A DNA stretch of 64,000 nucleotides, taken from assembly GCF_009914755.1 (NCBI RefSeq), contig NC_060928.1; one strand, 5' to 3'. The position numbers and the translations under genes are program-made. This DNA is from the human T2T-CHM13v2.0 reference genome, Homo sapiens. The notes beneath the pieces were generated by a model. The model saw only the letters and a list, made by a program, of their open reading frames with translations, was not told where the DNA came from and ran no database searches. Positions 41,990-56,400 of the stretch are shown in pieces (within the stretch, counting starts at the first letter, position 1; each line of letters starts with the position of its first letter).

Positions 41990-43790
41990 GACTCTTTTGA
42001 TTCTTCACAAATTTTAAATCTTTGTCATCTTATTTCATCACACTTAGCAGATGCTATTTTTCTACATTAAAGAAAATTAGAAGCTCTTGAAGATGATAAA
42101 AATTCTTCAAGTATCTGTCACTAAAATTACAAATCTGCTTTCCCAGCCTTTCCTCCTTTCCTACTGTTAAAATAACAAGGTTTATCTCCTTTTTCATAAG
42201 GGCAACTTCTCCTGCCTTCTCAGGGATCCTTATTGTGTTGATTTGGCATCCTCTCCTCAATATGTTCAACATTTTTCCCTTTATAGACACATTCTACCAA
42301 AATTTGAACCCACTCAAGTCTCACTCATTTGAAACACAACCATCCATCTTCCTATAGCTATTACCCTTCCTCTCCTTACCTTAAATATTAATATTCTCAA
42401 ATGCATCACCTAAACTGGCATCTCTATGTCCTTATTTCATACTTATTCTTCAACCCAATGCAATTTAGATTTTAGTACCACCATTCTGTTGGAATTGTTC
42501 TCACTGAAGTCACCAAATGCCACTCCATCCATAATCAAAAGGACACTTGTGCTTTTTTCTGAATGAGCTCTCATTATTCACTGCTTTCTTTGCCAGGATG
42601 CATGCCTCTCCTTTTGATTCCGTGACTCCACACACTTTTCTCTTACTTTTGCCTGCCTGGCTGTCCTTCTTCGACTCTGTGTGCTCCTACTTATTTAGCT
42701 GTACCTAATGTCAGGATAGGGAGCGGTCCTAGATCAACCTGCCATAGGAATGTTGCTGCTGCATGGAATTCTATTCTTATGTTGTTTTCCTCTGTTTTAC
42801 TCTATACACCCTAATCTTTTTTTTTTTTTTTTTTTTGAGACAGAGTCTCGCTCCGTTGCCCAGGCTGGAGTGCGGTGGCACGTTGATCTCGGCTCACTGC
42901 AAGCTCCGCCTCCCAGGTTCACACCATTCTCCTGCCTCAGCCTCCTGAGTAGCTGGGACTACAGGCTCCTGCAACTATGCCTGCCTAATTTTTTGTATTT
43001 TTAGTAGAGACGGGATTCACCGTGATAGCCAGGATGCTCTTGATCTTCTGACCTTGTGATCCACCCACCTCAGCCTCCCAAAGTGCTGGGATTACAGGCA
43101 TGAGCCACCGTGCCAGGCCTATACGTACTATTCTTAAAGATACAATCACTATTTTGAGCTTTCTATGTTAACATCTTTTACATATCTAGATACAATTCAA
43201 TCTCTGCTGAGTTCCAGGTTAATAAGTCTACTTGGTAGTAGCATTTTCCTTTAAAGGTCAAATGTCTAAAATTAAATTCCTTACCTTTTGAACCATCAGA
43301 ACATAATGTCACTTTCCACCAAGTTATGCAAATTTGAAATTTTGGATTAATCTTGGTCATTACTTTCTTCCCTACATCCATATTCAATCAATTCCAAATG
43401 TTCTGGATTGTATCTCAAATATGCCATAAATATCCTTATTATCTCCACTGTTAGAACCTTAATCTAGTCCACTGTCATCATTTATCATCTGGACTATTGC
43501 AAACACTCATTAAATTTTCTTTGTTTTTTAAATTCACTCTTACTCTCTTCCCACCCACTACCCATGTTGTTCTGAGAGCGATTTTTTTAAAAGCAAAATT
43601 GAGCATATCATTTCTCTCCATAAAACTCTTCAGTGGTTTCCCATTGCCTTTATTATACAATTCAATCTTGTTGATCAGTCTTAAATGCCACTCTGAAATC
43701 TATCACCCTTTTGTATTACAGTTTCCTGCCTTTCTCCTATGTGTGCTCTTAGCTCTAGGCATCCACACATCTTTAAGATCCTCTATCACA
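41990..43790 (+). mobile_element. Long L2 fragment split by an Alu
   Basis: ttcttcaacccaatgcaatttag, tcaccaaatgcc, tctggactattgcaaacac, aaaactcttcagtggtttcccattgcc. Confidence 0.75.
42817..43119 (-). mobile_element. Alu, AluY/Sc8-like
   Basis: ctgcaagctccgcctcccaggttcacaccattctcc and tagccaggatg diagnostics; degenerate TSD tatacaccctaatctt / tatacgtactattctt. Confidence 0.95.
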
Positions 43791-44337
43791 GGTGAATTCT
43801 AATTCCCTAAGCACCAGTCACTTTTAAGAGACGACCACTCTTAACAACAACAAAAAATTTACTTGTTGTAGATATCATAGGACTCAGGAATGATGCGTCC
43901 TTACTTGTGGAGGTGGCATCTAAACTTGCATCATTGTCTTTATTCCTTTAATGCATAGTTGATGAGGTTGGGTATCCATTCCCTGAAATCAAACACAAAA
44001 AGAAACTCAAAGTCTGGTGCTTGGGTAGTGAAGTGACCTGGGGAGATTCTTGACCCTCGCAAAAACCTACCAGTTTCTCATAGGCAATTTTATGGCACTG
44101 GCAGAATAAGAAGATTCTCGCTTAAAATGGCACCCTGCCACTTCACACACTGGATCATCTGAATGTGAAGCCTCGAGACACTAGCTAGAAAATACAAAGT
44201 GATGAGGCTAGTTCTTGGCTGGGTTTCAGGAAAGAGGCTTAAATCTGGCTTTGGCTATTATTATGTTGGCACAGAAGTAATTGCAGTTTTGGACTATGAA
44301 TTTTAAATCATTATAACTAGGCTCAAACATATCTTTG

Positions 44338-45738
<1,401 letters not shown>

Positions 45739-46011
45739 AGTCTAAAATAAACATAAAATAAACAGCAAGTAATAAGTCATTAGCAAGCAAAAAAACATAA
45801 AGCAAGAAATGCCCACTAAAATGATGTATATCATAACCACATTTATTTCAGAATGTATTTCAATATCAAATGACAGATTCCACGAATGCAAAAACAGTCA
45901 TTACTTTTGCACTCACCTAATATGTTACCATTGGCAACATGCTTGGCATAGGGAGTAGGAAATTAAGATGACCAAAGGAGAGAAGGTACTAGGAGAATAA
46001 TGCATCCTATT

Positions 46012-46360
<349 letters not shown>

Positions 46361-46656
46361 TGATAAAGCAGTGTGAAGGTGGAGCAGAATTTAGGCTTTT
46401 CCTCCATACCATACTGCCCCCATTAGTCAATGGTCTTAATGGGTTACTTCATCCTCATGTGGGCAGGGAAACTGGAAGAGCTCACCAAACAGGCTTGGAG
46501 CAATAAATTTAAAGTTGGCTTAGGTAGGCTTGTGCTACAGAAAATAAGGACTGCATTTTCTGTAATATGTGCCTTCTGGGAGTACGCAACCTCTGTGTAA
46601 GCAGCTCTTCTCTCGAACCTAAGTGAACTGTGATTTAAGAATGTCTGGGTAACATG

Positions 46657-47024
46657 TCCTGAAAGCTTGAATTTCCTAGCTCCCCCATCAAATTTACATG
46701 TTGAAGCTTGAACCCCAAGGTGATGATATTTGGAGGTGGGGACTTCAGGAGGTAATTAGATCATGAGGGTGGAATGCTCAGAAATGGAATTTGTATTCTT
46801 ATAAGAAAGTGAGAGAGAGATCATCTTTCTTTGGAGCATGTGAGGCCACAGTGAGAAGGTGGTTCTCTATAAACCAGGAAATGGGCCTCAGCAGATGACA
46901 TTGGATCTACCAGTGCACTGATCCTGGATTTCCCAGCCTCCACAATTGCAAGAAATTAATGTTTGTTGTGTAAGCCACACAGTGTATGGCATTTTTTTTA
47001 GGGCAGCTCAAACTGACTATGACA
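46657..47024 (+). mobile_element. MLT1A0-like MaLR solo LTR
   Basis: caaatttacatgttgaagc...ggaggtaattagatcatgagggtgg...gatttcccagcctccacaattg...ctgactatgaca. Confidence 0.88.
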
Positions 47025-47179
47025 TTGGATATGTAATGGTAACGAATGGATTCTCATGAAGTATTCATATTTGGAGGAAGAGGTTTTAGTATGTAACAGA
47101 AGACAAAAGAGAAAGAATACAACACTAGTAGGGGCCTTTTGCTTGCTCTAACTTCATGAGCCCATCCCTGAGGTCTTGG

Positions 47180-47435
47180 AAAGGCAGTATAGAACACGAG
47201 TGATATGCGAGGGCACTTCAGTCAGATTGCATGGATATCAAATTGACCCCAGTCATCTGTTGGTTGTGAGACCCAGACAAGTAGCTAATCCCCTCTGAAT
47301 TCTGTTCCTTATCCACTAAATGATCATATTATACCACAGGGGTGTTGTGAGGCTGAAACAATATCCTCCATGTTTAGAACGTAGCACAGAGCTTAGAACA
47401 GAGTATGTGCATAATGCATATTACTAGTTAGTATT
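47180..47435 (+). mobile_element. MIR SINE, near full length
   Basis: aggcagtatag...gtcagattgcatgg...ggggtgttgtgaggctgaa...gtagcacagagcttagaacagagta. Confidence 0.75.
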
Positions 47436-48349
47436 AGGGACTTTAGAGAGAGATGTTTCAAGCACACACTAAGGAAGCAGCACACAAGAGAGTTCTTGAG
47501 AGACAGAGACATGGATAGTTACTGCTTTGGTGCCAAGTGTGACATTATGTGAGATTGGAATGTTCAACTTCTGCTCCAGGAAATGCAGTTCAACTCTGGC
47601 ATTTCCGGGGAAGGTCTTGTTGGAAGTACCAATAGACGCCTCTGCCCGGTGATAGACTTTGACGTTCTTTCAGGGAGCATTGTATATGTGGGCAGTGATG
47701 AGTCCTCTGAACTACTTGTGAACAAACAACACTAATAAGGGAAATGAGAGATGGCTATGGATTAGCTTGGACATTCTCTCTCAACTCCCTGGTAGATTTC
47801 GGGGTTGTTAAAGATCCTGGGTAAGCCAGTGTGATGAGAATCAAAGGAATTTGAGTTATATCAAATTGGCTTCATTTATCCCCATAGGTTAGAGATAACG
47901 CCCTAAAAAGGGGACACACATGTTAGCATGTTTTATCCTTTCCAGCAGATCAACCATAGTGTCTTCAGAAGAGAGCTCTGAAGCAGGAGTGTGACCTCTC
48001 CTTTAAGCCAGAATCACCATATTTTGACACACGAGTTCTTTTCAATCTAATCCTAATGCCCCAATTACAGCTTTATATTCTGACACTTCCTTTATACAAT
48101 TTATGATCTAGCTACATACACACTAAATGCAATTGTCAGGAAACGTTTCACTTTGCATCTCTCTCTAAGGTCTCTGTATATGCTGTGCTCTCTTTTTTGA
48201 ATACTCAATCTCTACCCTACTTGTGGGCTTCAATGATGAAAAGATTCAGTGGAATTCTATTCTTTCTGCTGACTGCTTCGGACCTGACTACAATACAGCT
48301 GTTGAATCAGGGGCTCTCTCCCTTGTTCTCATCCATTACATCTATTAAC

Positions 48350-48910
48350 GATGTAATTCTTAGGACTTATCTCCTCCTGATCAAATTATGTGCATGCTTG
48401 TGCACTCAGTTTCAGGAACTTCTAATTTGCTATTTCTTCTACTTGAATGATATTGCTTCAGATGCTCTGTGTAGCTGCCTCCCTCTCATTATTCAGGTAT
48501 TAGGTCATAAAAGATAATAAAATAGGTATTTAGTGATTGAAAAGAAAGCAGACCTTTCCCACCCCAATCACTACCAGTCATTCTTTGCCACTCTCTTTCT
48601 CATTATCTTATTTTACCTGTGAATCTAATACCATACTGTTTATTTTGTTATCAGTTTATTATCTTCCTCACTAGAAAGATTGTGACTTGAGGGCAGTGAT
48701 TGTCAGCTTTATTTATTGCTATGCCTCCACACCTTGACAATGTCTAATGCATAGTAACATCTCAATAAACATTTGTTGACTGATTGACTGTCATTCCCAC
48801 TAGGGAGTGAGAGTCTTTAGAACAGAAGCTCCCGAGGTCTTTACATATTCAATACCTAGTGCATGGTCTGGCACCTGTTATATGTTCAAATATATATTGA
48901 TCAAGTACAT
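48350..48910 (+). mobile_element. L2 3' fragments (two tails)
   Basis: gcatagtaacatctcaataaacatttgttgactgattgactg; cctagtgcatggtctggcac. Confidence 0.65.
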
Positions 48911-49149
48911 GACATTTAAAATCAGCCAATCAGGGGCTAGTTATGCAATGAGAGGTCACAAAGGCAAGCAGCTTCATGGATTGTAATTACTGGAGAGGGT
49001 GTCCAGTGGAGACTGGCCGGAATACAGTGAAGAATTGATTAAGATACCAAAGAAAGGAAACCCAGTGCTTTGCACATAGTACAAGCTCAACATATGTTCA
49101 TAACATTGACTTGACAAAATGAGTTTTATACTTCAACGTTAATTCACTT

Positions 49150-50170
49150 CGAAAAAAAAAAAAAACATTTGAAACCTGCCATGGAATCACCTGCTGCTTC
49201 ATTCAAGTGTGTGTGTATGGGGGTGAGTTGATCTGTGACAGGTGTCCGACAACATGCTAATAGCCACATCTATTCAACGCACAATGTTGACTTTCAGGGA
49301 CGCTTTCCTTTTCTTCCGCACCCCACCCCCACTTCATAAAACGAATGTCACTCTCCTGAGAGCATCACAATGGCAGTCCACAAATGATCCCTCTCCTTTG
49401 AGAGAGACTAACTGTAGGGGAAAAGATAATTACTTAGTTCCTTTATCTCCAAATTATTTGTAATAAAATCTGAAATCACACCACAAGGTCTTTCATGAGG
49501 ATGTCATAAATTAAGATGCATTGGCGTATCTGGTGCATCTGTTCCATTCTCTGGCCCTTTGTCTTCTGCAAAGAGCACACCAACCTCAATACCCAGCAGA
49601 CAGCATTTACGCAAATGATGTCATGGTCTGTAGCATTAATATTCAGTGATTGTCTGTCATAGACACCTTACTGTACATCTGTTATGCAAATGTATGTTAA
49701 TTCCGACTCCCTGACAGCTGCCTAGCTTCCCTCCCTAAAATGATCTTTTCCATTTTGAAGTTTGCAATCTGTTCCCCAAAATGTTAATCCAACAATTAGC
49801 TGAAATTGCTAAACAGAAATTGTACATGTTTGATCTAAAATAGAAGGTAGCATTTTAAAATAGATGGTGAACCTTCTTCCCACATCATTTATTTTATATG
49901 TGCTTAAACACAATGTAAACACCGATCTCCACACAGCTTGGCTTGGGATATGTGGCAGGTTTTTTTTGACCCCAGCTCTTGGAGTTTGACAAGAAAAAAG
50001 GCATCGTTACTCCTGTAATTCCAGTGGCTTTACCTCAAAGGTGAGTCCAGTGATGCACAGTGTTTGTCTCTATGTCTGAAACTTCTGTTTCCCCCCAAAA
50101 TAATTAAGCAATTGGATGTTAACAAATGACAACAAAAAATTGTAAAGTGGTGATTGATTGAGAATAGAGA
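49150..50170. promoter_or_regulatory. Candidate distal enhancer (repeat-free, motif-dense)
   Basis: No recognisable TE; ATGCAAAT 49684-49691, TGACAGCTG 49712-49720, GTCATAAA 49503-49510, TGTAAACA 49914-49921, TGATTGATTG 50151-50160. Function is inferred only. Confidence 0.35.
49888..49935 (+). repeat. 48-bp dispersed direct repeat, copy 1 (partner 52616-52663)
   Basis: tttattttatatgtgcttaaacacaatgtaaacaccgatctccacaca, 47/48 identical to copy 2. Confidence 0.97.
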
Positions 50171-51589
50171 TCTAAGGGAGCATCCCATGACATACAGAGC
50201 ATAGGGGACACCCTCTCAGTACATGTTTGATGCATGTTAAGTGAAGGTCGCTTCCATATGTACCACCGCTATCCATTTTGAGGTAGAGGTGAGGAGCTTT
50301 GGAGCATTGATGGAAATTTCCATCAAGACCTCAAAGAGGATTATGTTGTTTGAGAGGGCAACAAAATATAGGTTCCATTAAACATTTAGAGAAAACCTAC
50401 CAAGATTGAAGAAGCACTTATAATGGGCCTACTGTGTGCCAGTCACTGTGTCGGCCACATGAATTGACTCTCAGTGACATTCTTGGGAGGTGAATATCAT
50501 CATGCAGCCCATTTTGATAGTGACTATCAAAATAGAAAGTGACTCCTACAAATGTACACAGCTTCTGCAACCCTCATCCAGTGCTTTTTTTTTCAGTTTT
50601 GTATACTGAAGAAAAGCATGGTTGGATAGAAAGCTATAAAATGTGTAGGGTGAGGTGGATGTCACACACTCCTATTTTAATGGGGCTATTTCTTATTCTG
50701 TTCTAAATAGGTGTCTGATGCTTGGCCTCCTGAAAAATCCAAAGCCTTACTAAGGGAAATGGATTTGGATCTGTTCTCTGCTTCAGAGATCCTGAATGCT
50801 GAGCCTCTTCAAAAATATTTAAAGATGGGACTTCCCCTGTCACCATAAAAGCCCATTTCTAAGATGATAGTGCTAAACCAGATGATTCCCAAGGCTCTAC
50901 TCAAGTCTAACATTTTTTTCTTTGCAATTTATTTCTACATTAGTAATGAGATGATGCATTAATAAAACATATTAAAGATATCTTGACTATATGACAAACC
51001 TTCACAAATTTTCAGTGGCTCTCTTAATAAGATGGAGATGGCAGAAACATTCATTAGTTAACACAGTAAATTTGTTTTGAGATTCTAATATTTTAAAAAA
51101 GTTTTAACTTTATGTATATACTCGCTTCATTCCAGTAAACTTGATATTATATCCTATAATTAGTTGTGATATTTTCTCACTTAAAATCTATCATTTGAGT
51201 AGACTAAGGTAGCAAAATATTATGAATTGTTCTGAATGACCAAATGCAGCATCATATAACTCTATTTAGAAGCTACACTTTTTTTTAAGCTACGATATGT
51301 ACAGCACTCACTAGAAGTCACTATCTAGTTAGGTTCTAGTATTTTATTTACACACATACATATATAGAAATGGGAATAATGAAGTTAAATATTTCATCCA
51401 AGTTCATATAGCTAATAAGCAGACTAGCTGAGATTTTAACATGGACTGGATCTCTTACTACCTTTTTATATTGCTGTCTTATATATACTATTTTCTCAAG
51501 TATTTTGTTTCAAAAAATTGTAATAAATTGTTTAAACCATCCTATAAATATCAGATGGTACAATGTAGTTTGTAGTTTTGTGTGTGTAC

Positions 51590-51929
51590 TATCATCTTCC
51601 TTTATCAGGTTCCTACATTTCAGGCCATGACACATTTTTGTTAATAGCCTCAGAGCAGTTGCCAGAAAACCAAGGACCATCTCTATGTCCCAGAGCCTAG
51701 CCTCACCCTTTTTTTCCTGCGGAAACCACAATAAAAGTGCCAGCTCAAAGTTCCTCTTGCCTTCTGCCTGTGACTGACTTTGGTGCTTCCCCATGAGGCC
51801 CTGCATGGCATGTTGTGTCTCTCTAGGGAAGTGTGAGTGTAACGAAACTCTAAGACTCTTTTTGATTTCTTTCTCTTGATCTGTGTCTGACCTGACCATA
51901 CCTCGCCTAAGATAATGTATTTAAAACAG
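51590..51929 (+). mobile_element. Partial ERVL LTR, same family as 8372-9310 (MER74-like)
   Basis: ctatgtcccagagcc, ggaaaccacaataaa, ggtgcttcc, ends tttaaaaca. Confidence 0.7.
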
Positions 51930-52029
51930 GTGTTAGGGAGTACATGGATGACACTTCCCCAAACTTTACACACTGCAACTCACTAAGAAGCTCTGTAAGG
52001 TCAACACATCTGGCCTAATGGCCAGTAGA

Positions 52030-52190
52030 GAGCATCTTCCCCATGCCTGAGTTTGTTTATCTGTTAAAAAAAAAAAATGAAGATAGCAAAAATACCTGCC
52101 TCAAAAGAGTTGGTATGAGATTCCAATGAATACATGTTATAAAAGTGAACCCTATGCTTGGCTCATATTAAGCAATCAGAAAGCATGTCT
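52030..52190 (+). mobile_element. MIR SINE
   Basis: gcctgagtttgtttatctgttaaaa...atacctgcctcaaaagagttggtatgagatt. Confidence 0.7.
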
Positions 52191-52309
52191 AAAAAAAGGA
52201 ATAAGAGCATAAATGTTCTCAAAATATATATAAAACTATATATGTATTTGCATGAATATATACATATTTGTGTGTGCATGTACATACATATTTCTATTTT
52301 TGACTTTAC

Positions 52310-52435
52310 AAAGAACTTTGTAGTTGTTATTTATTCCCTGAACCCGTTGCTAAAGCAAGAACTGCTTTATCGTAGTCCATTTTACAGATAAGGAAGCTGA
52401 GGCATAAGATAATTAGTTGCTTGTCTGAGACTGCT
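52310..52435 (-). mobile_element. MIR SINE
   Basis: ccattttacagataaggaagctgaggca. Confidence 0.75.
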
Positions 52436-52615
52436 TGAACAACAACAACAACATACTCAACAGACAGTGTAGATATCATTCATCTAAGCCAAGTTGCATC
52501 TTTGGAGATAGTGAGCAGTACTAGTTAGTAGGTACAACTCTGCAGGGGTCAAAAAAACATAGTCAAGGTTGCAGTTTGGATATTTATGAGAAATTGATGT
52601 CTCCTCCCTTACCCT

Positions 52616-52663
52616 TTTATTTTATATGTGCTTACACACAATGTAAACACCGATCTCCACACA
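52616..52663 (+). repeat. 48-bp dispersed direct repeat, copy 2
   Basis: tttattttatatgtgcttacacacaatgtaaacaccgatctccacaca. Confidence 0.97.
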
Positions 52664-53254
52664 TTCATGACACTGAAGTGATTATATTAATCATTGGTAA
52701 TTTTTTTTCTATTTTGCATGAAATGAGTTATTTAGTAAATCTTACATTGCTTGATTTTCCTAGTAGGTGTTTTGAGTGAATTTTTGTTGTCTTATTATTT
52801 ACTTCTATTCTCCTTTGAGTTTGTGATAAACCATGAATAGCTAGATGAGAAATAAAAAACACATTACTGATAGCTGGACTTTCACTTCAAGATTCAAAAT
52901 TCTGTGTAGAATGGAGTGGAAGAATGAAGTGTGGAGTCTTATCCCCTATGTCTACTCTGTCCCAGATAGGAATGTCTGGGGCCATTTAGAAGGTCTGTCA
53001 TTTAGAAGGTCTGCTTTTACTAGGAGGAAAATCCTACCAAAGTCAATCTACTACAAGCAAAGATGAAGACCGCATGTCGATATTGATGTTTAAAGCCCAC
53101 TGGTCAACATGGCTTGGTAAATGTCCTACATTCATGAATTAGCACCTTCACACACATTGAAGAAGCTGGTAATGGAAGCATGCAGAGAGGAATAGCATGG
53201 GGAGATGGGCAGAGCCTCCTTCGTGAGAATCAGGAGAGCTCTCTGGTCCCTGCA

Positions 53255-53430
53255 TTCACAAGAAACTTCTAAGGAAGGCTGGGTAGAAATTATTATCCAC
53301 ATTTTATAGGTGGAGGAAATTTAGACCCAGAGCAATTTTATTCCTTCCCAATAATCTTCCTATTGGAAAGAGTCACAGCCAAGCCTCAAAGCCATTTTTT
53401 CTGACTTCCGCTTCACAGGTTTTTTCCACT
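53255..53430 (-). mobile_element. MIR SINE
   Basis: tattatccacattttataggtggaggaaatttagacccagag. Confidence 0.7.
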
Positions 53431-56400
53431 TCCCCAGATGGTGTCTGTGGGATTGGCTCTCACTTTCAAGCTTCACTGACCCTAGATGATGGACTAGGAT
53501 CTGCTTTGGACATCTGAGCCCAGGCTAAAGTGTAGGTGCCAGACTTACTGTGGGCTTCCTATTTATTCTTGTTGCAGTTCTAGGCTGAGCTGTCCGTAAC
53601 AACTTTATAACACATTGCAATTACGGCTTATTCCAGAGGCAAAGGACAAGAGCTGCCCGCTCTTTCAGAAGCATCTCTCAGAGAGTGACATCCCCCTGCA
53701 CACAGCTGCCATGTCTGTATGGCTGACTTGGGAGAAATGCCAGAAAGGTTGGCATGAGTGAGCAACTGTGAGGAGACCATCAGATGGAAACACCCAAGAG
53801 GTACAGACAAAGCCCAAACATAAAAATGTATCTGTCCTCATCGCAGGTTTGACCTCCCCTTCCTCTCCTTTAGCACCAATTTTGAGACCAATTTTTTGTT
53901 CATTATTTTATGTTGCATTAAATAAGAAATCCTCTTATTTAATGTCACTGAGACCAGGCATTGGTTGACTAATCATAAAGGTCAGTTAAATTGAAGAATC
54001 ATAAAAAAATACATGTCTACCTTAAACATTTTATTAAAACTCATAACAGACTAGTGTGCATTCCTTCAGTAAGGTTTTGAAGTAGGAGTAAGCCCTTTTA
54101 TTCAAATACAGGCCATCCGATTGAATTTTCCTATTGTATTTCCTGTGTAAACCTCAATCTTCATGAATCCTTTGTGACATCTAGTTTCAGTTTCCTTAAA
54201 GTGGACTAAGATTTAAAGACATTTGTGAGATCATATGAGTTCATGCTCTTTCTAGATTAATACTATTTCTTTTCTATTTTTCCCATTGTGGTCTTGCTGC
54301 CATTTAGTCTGGTATGTTTTTAGTGATTTACCATTATCCATTCTTTGCAAAGCAGGAAACTAATCTGATTTTAGTAGAAATAATAGAATCAATAACGTTT
54401 CACTCATACCCATGATGTTTCAGTTGACCTGACATTTAATTACATCTGTAATTACAGAAGCAAGTATGACCAAATATAAATAGATCTGGAAGTAAACACA
54501 ACAGAGTTTTGCTAAATATACAAACTGATTTTGGGGAGCAAAATTGTATGGAAATACTGGAGTATGGACTAATAAAGTATTGTTATTTTAAAAAACAATA
54601 AGTATACTGATGGTACTGTGAGCATCTGTCAATATATTTTACAAAAGCAGTGGGTAATGTAGGTTAATCTGGAGAATCAATTAATTGTACATGGTTAAGA
54701 GTGTTGTACTGTATTATTAGATACTTTATAAATACTCATATTTGTATATTATAATTATTTAATGATTCACATCCTTAGGTAACACAATTCTCATAATCAT
54801 CCTTTGTGGTATTTATTGAAACCACACTCATTCCACAGTTGAGGAGACTCACAAGGTTCCTGAGACTTAGATACTTAACTTGCCCAAGAGCTTCAGCTGA
54901 TTAATTGGGTGGGATGAAGAGGTGTGAGAAAAAGGGCATGGAGGTCAAACTAAAGATTTTTTGGTTTCTGTAGCCTTGTATATTTTCCCAGTACAACACT
55001 ACAGAGACTCTGAAACTCAACCATTTAAAAATCAAACAAAATACCCTTGGTCCCTGTTTCTTGAATATTTTCCTTTCCTCTGGAACTTAACATTTCTAAA
55101 GGATGATGCGTGAATCACCACACAGACCCAATGTGGCAGAGCTATCTGAGAAGCTTCAGATCAATGACCAGGTTTTCTGCCTTCTTTCTACTCTTGTAGT
55201 TGGAGCATCCTCCTCTGGCTCCAGAAAAAGCCTAAGCTCTTGCTGTAGTCACCAGCGGCACACAGGAGAGACAGAATAGCATTGTCCTAGTGAGAAGAAT
55301 GCGGGTCATATTTATATCTTTGGTACAGAGTTGCCTTCACCACTGTCCAGCAGAGCATGCTTCAGCGAGGTGCTCTGTCTCACTAACAGAGCCTTAGTTT
55401 CTGATGACAATGACAATGATGAGGAACTCCGTAGTTAGCTATTATGCAGTTTCAATGAGTTGATGCCTGCGAAAGAACTTAGATAATGTGAAAAGCAAAA
55501 AGTTATATATTGTAATAAAATGTGAGAAGGAGAGACTACATAGGAAGCAACAAATAGAGTGTAAGGATAGCTGGTCCTCTCTGCAGATTTCCTTCTTGCC
55601 ATCACTTAGACAGTCAGAGCTATACCCATGGAGACCACTAAATAGCCATAGCAATTAGTGCATGCTGAATACCAATGAGCACTGCAGAAGATCAATGCCT
55701 GAGGCTTCAGTGAGATCCAATTTTGAATTACTGAACATAGTGAAGTCAGTGTGCCCTATCAGGAGACATTCTCTTCACTGAGGTTATACCAGAAAGGGAA
55801 ATCAGTATTATATATTGAAAAAAATGTCAGTGGAGACTTCCTGAAAGAGAGGATCTGGCCATGAAGTGTAGGTAGATATGGCTGAGTTTTGGGGATAGAT
55901 GATATTCTAGGCAATAATAAAGAAGGCAAACAAGAAAGCGAACCACACATCTCATGGAGAACCACTAAACATGACAGTGCTTCTGACTGTAGAAGCATTT
56001 TCTTTTTCTTTTATGCTTTCTGTGCAAAGTCAGCCTTTGATTTAATCTATCTATTCTCCAGCTCTCCATGGGGTGTAAACAAACATGAGTCTGATTCAAA
56101 GGGTTGTTTGTTTTTCCAGCAGAAGAGATTGCTGTAAAGAACAAAATAAATTCGGGAACACTTACAGAACTGGGGAGAGGTGTCGTTGGCATTTGAGAAT
56201 TTTCATGCAAATTAACAAGGCCCTAGTTCATCACATGCTTCTATTCTCAAAAGCACAGATTGTTGTTCTGAAATTATTGATAGCTTCAAGTAAACCACAG
56301 AGGAAACTCACAGGCCTGCAGAGGATCGTGAAATTGATAGAACTAATCTTTGAACTCATCCTCAGCCTCCCCCTTTTGTGCTTCCTAACAAACACTCTCA

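Noticed and set aside
52982-53013. Short direct repeat catttagaaggtctg x2 (similar ones at ~39611, ~56876, ~62561)
   Set aside because: Ordinary slippage micro-duplications
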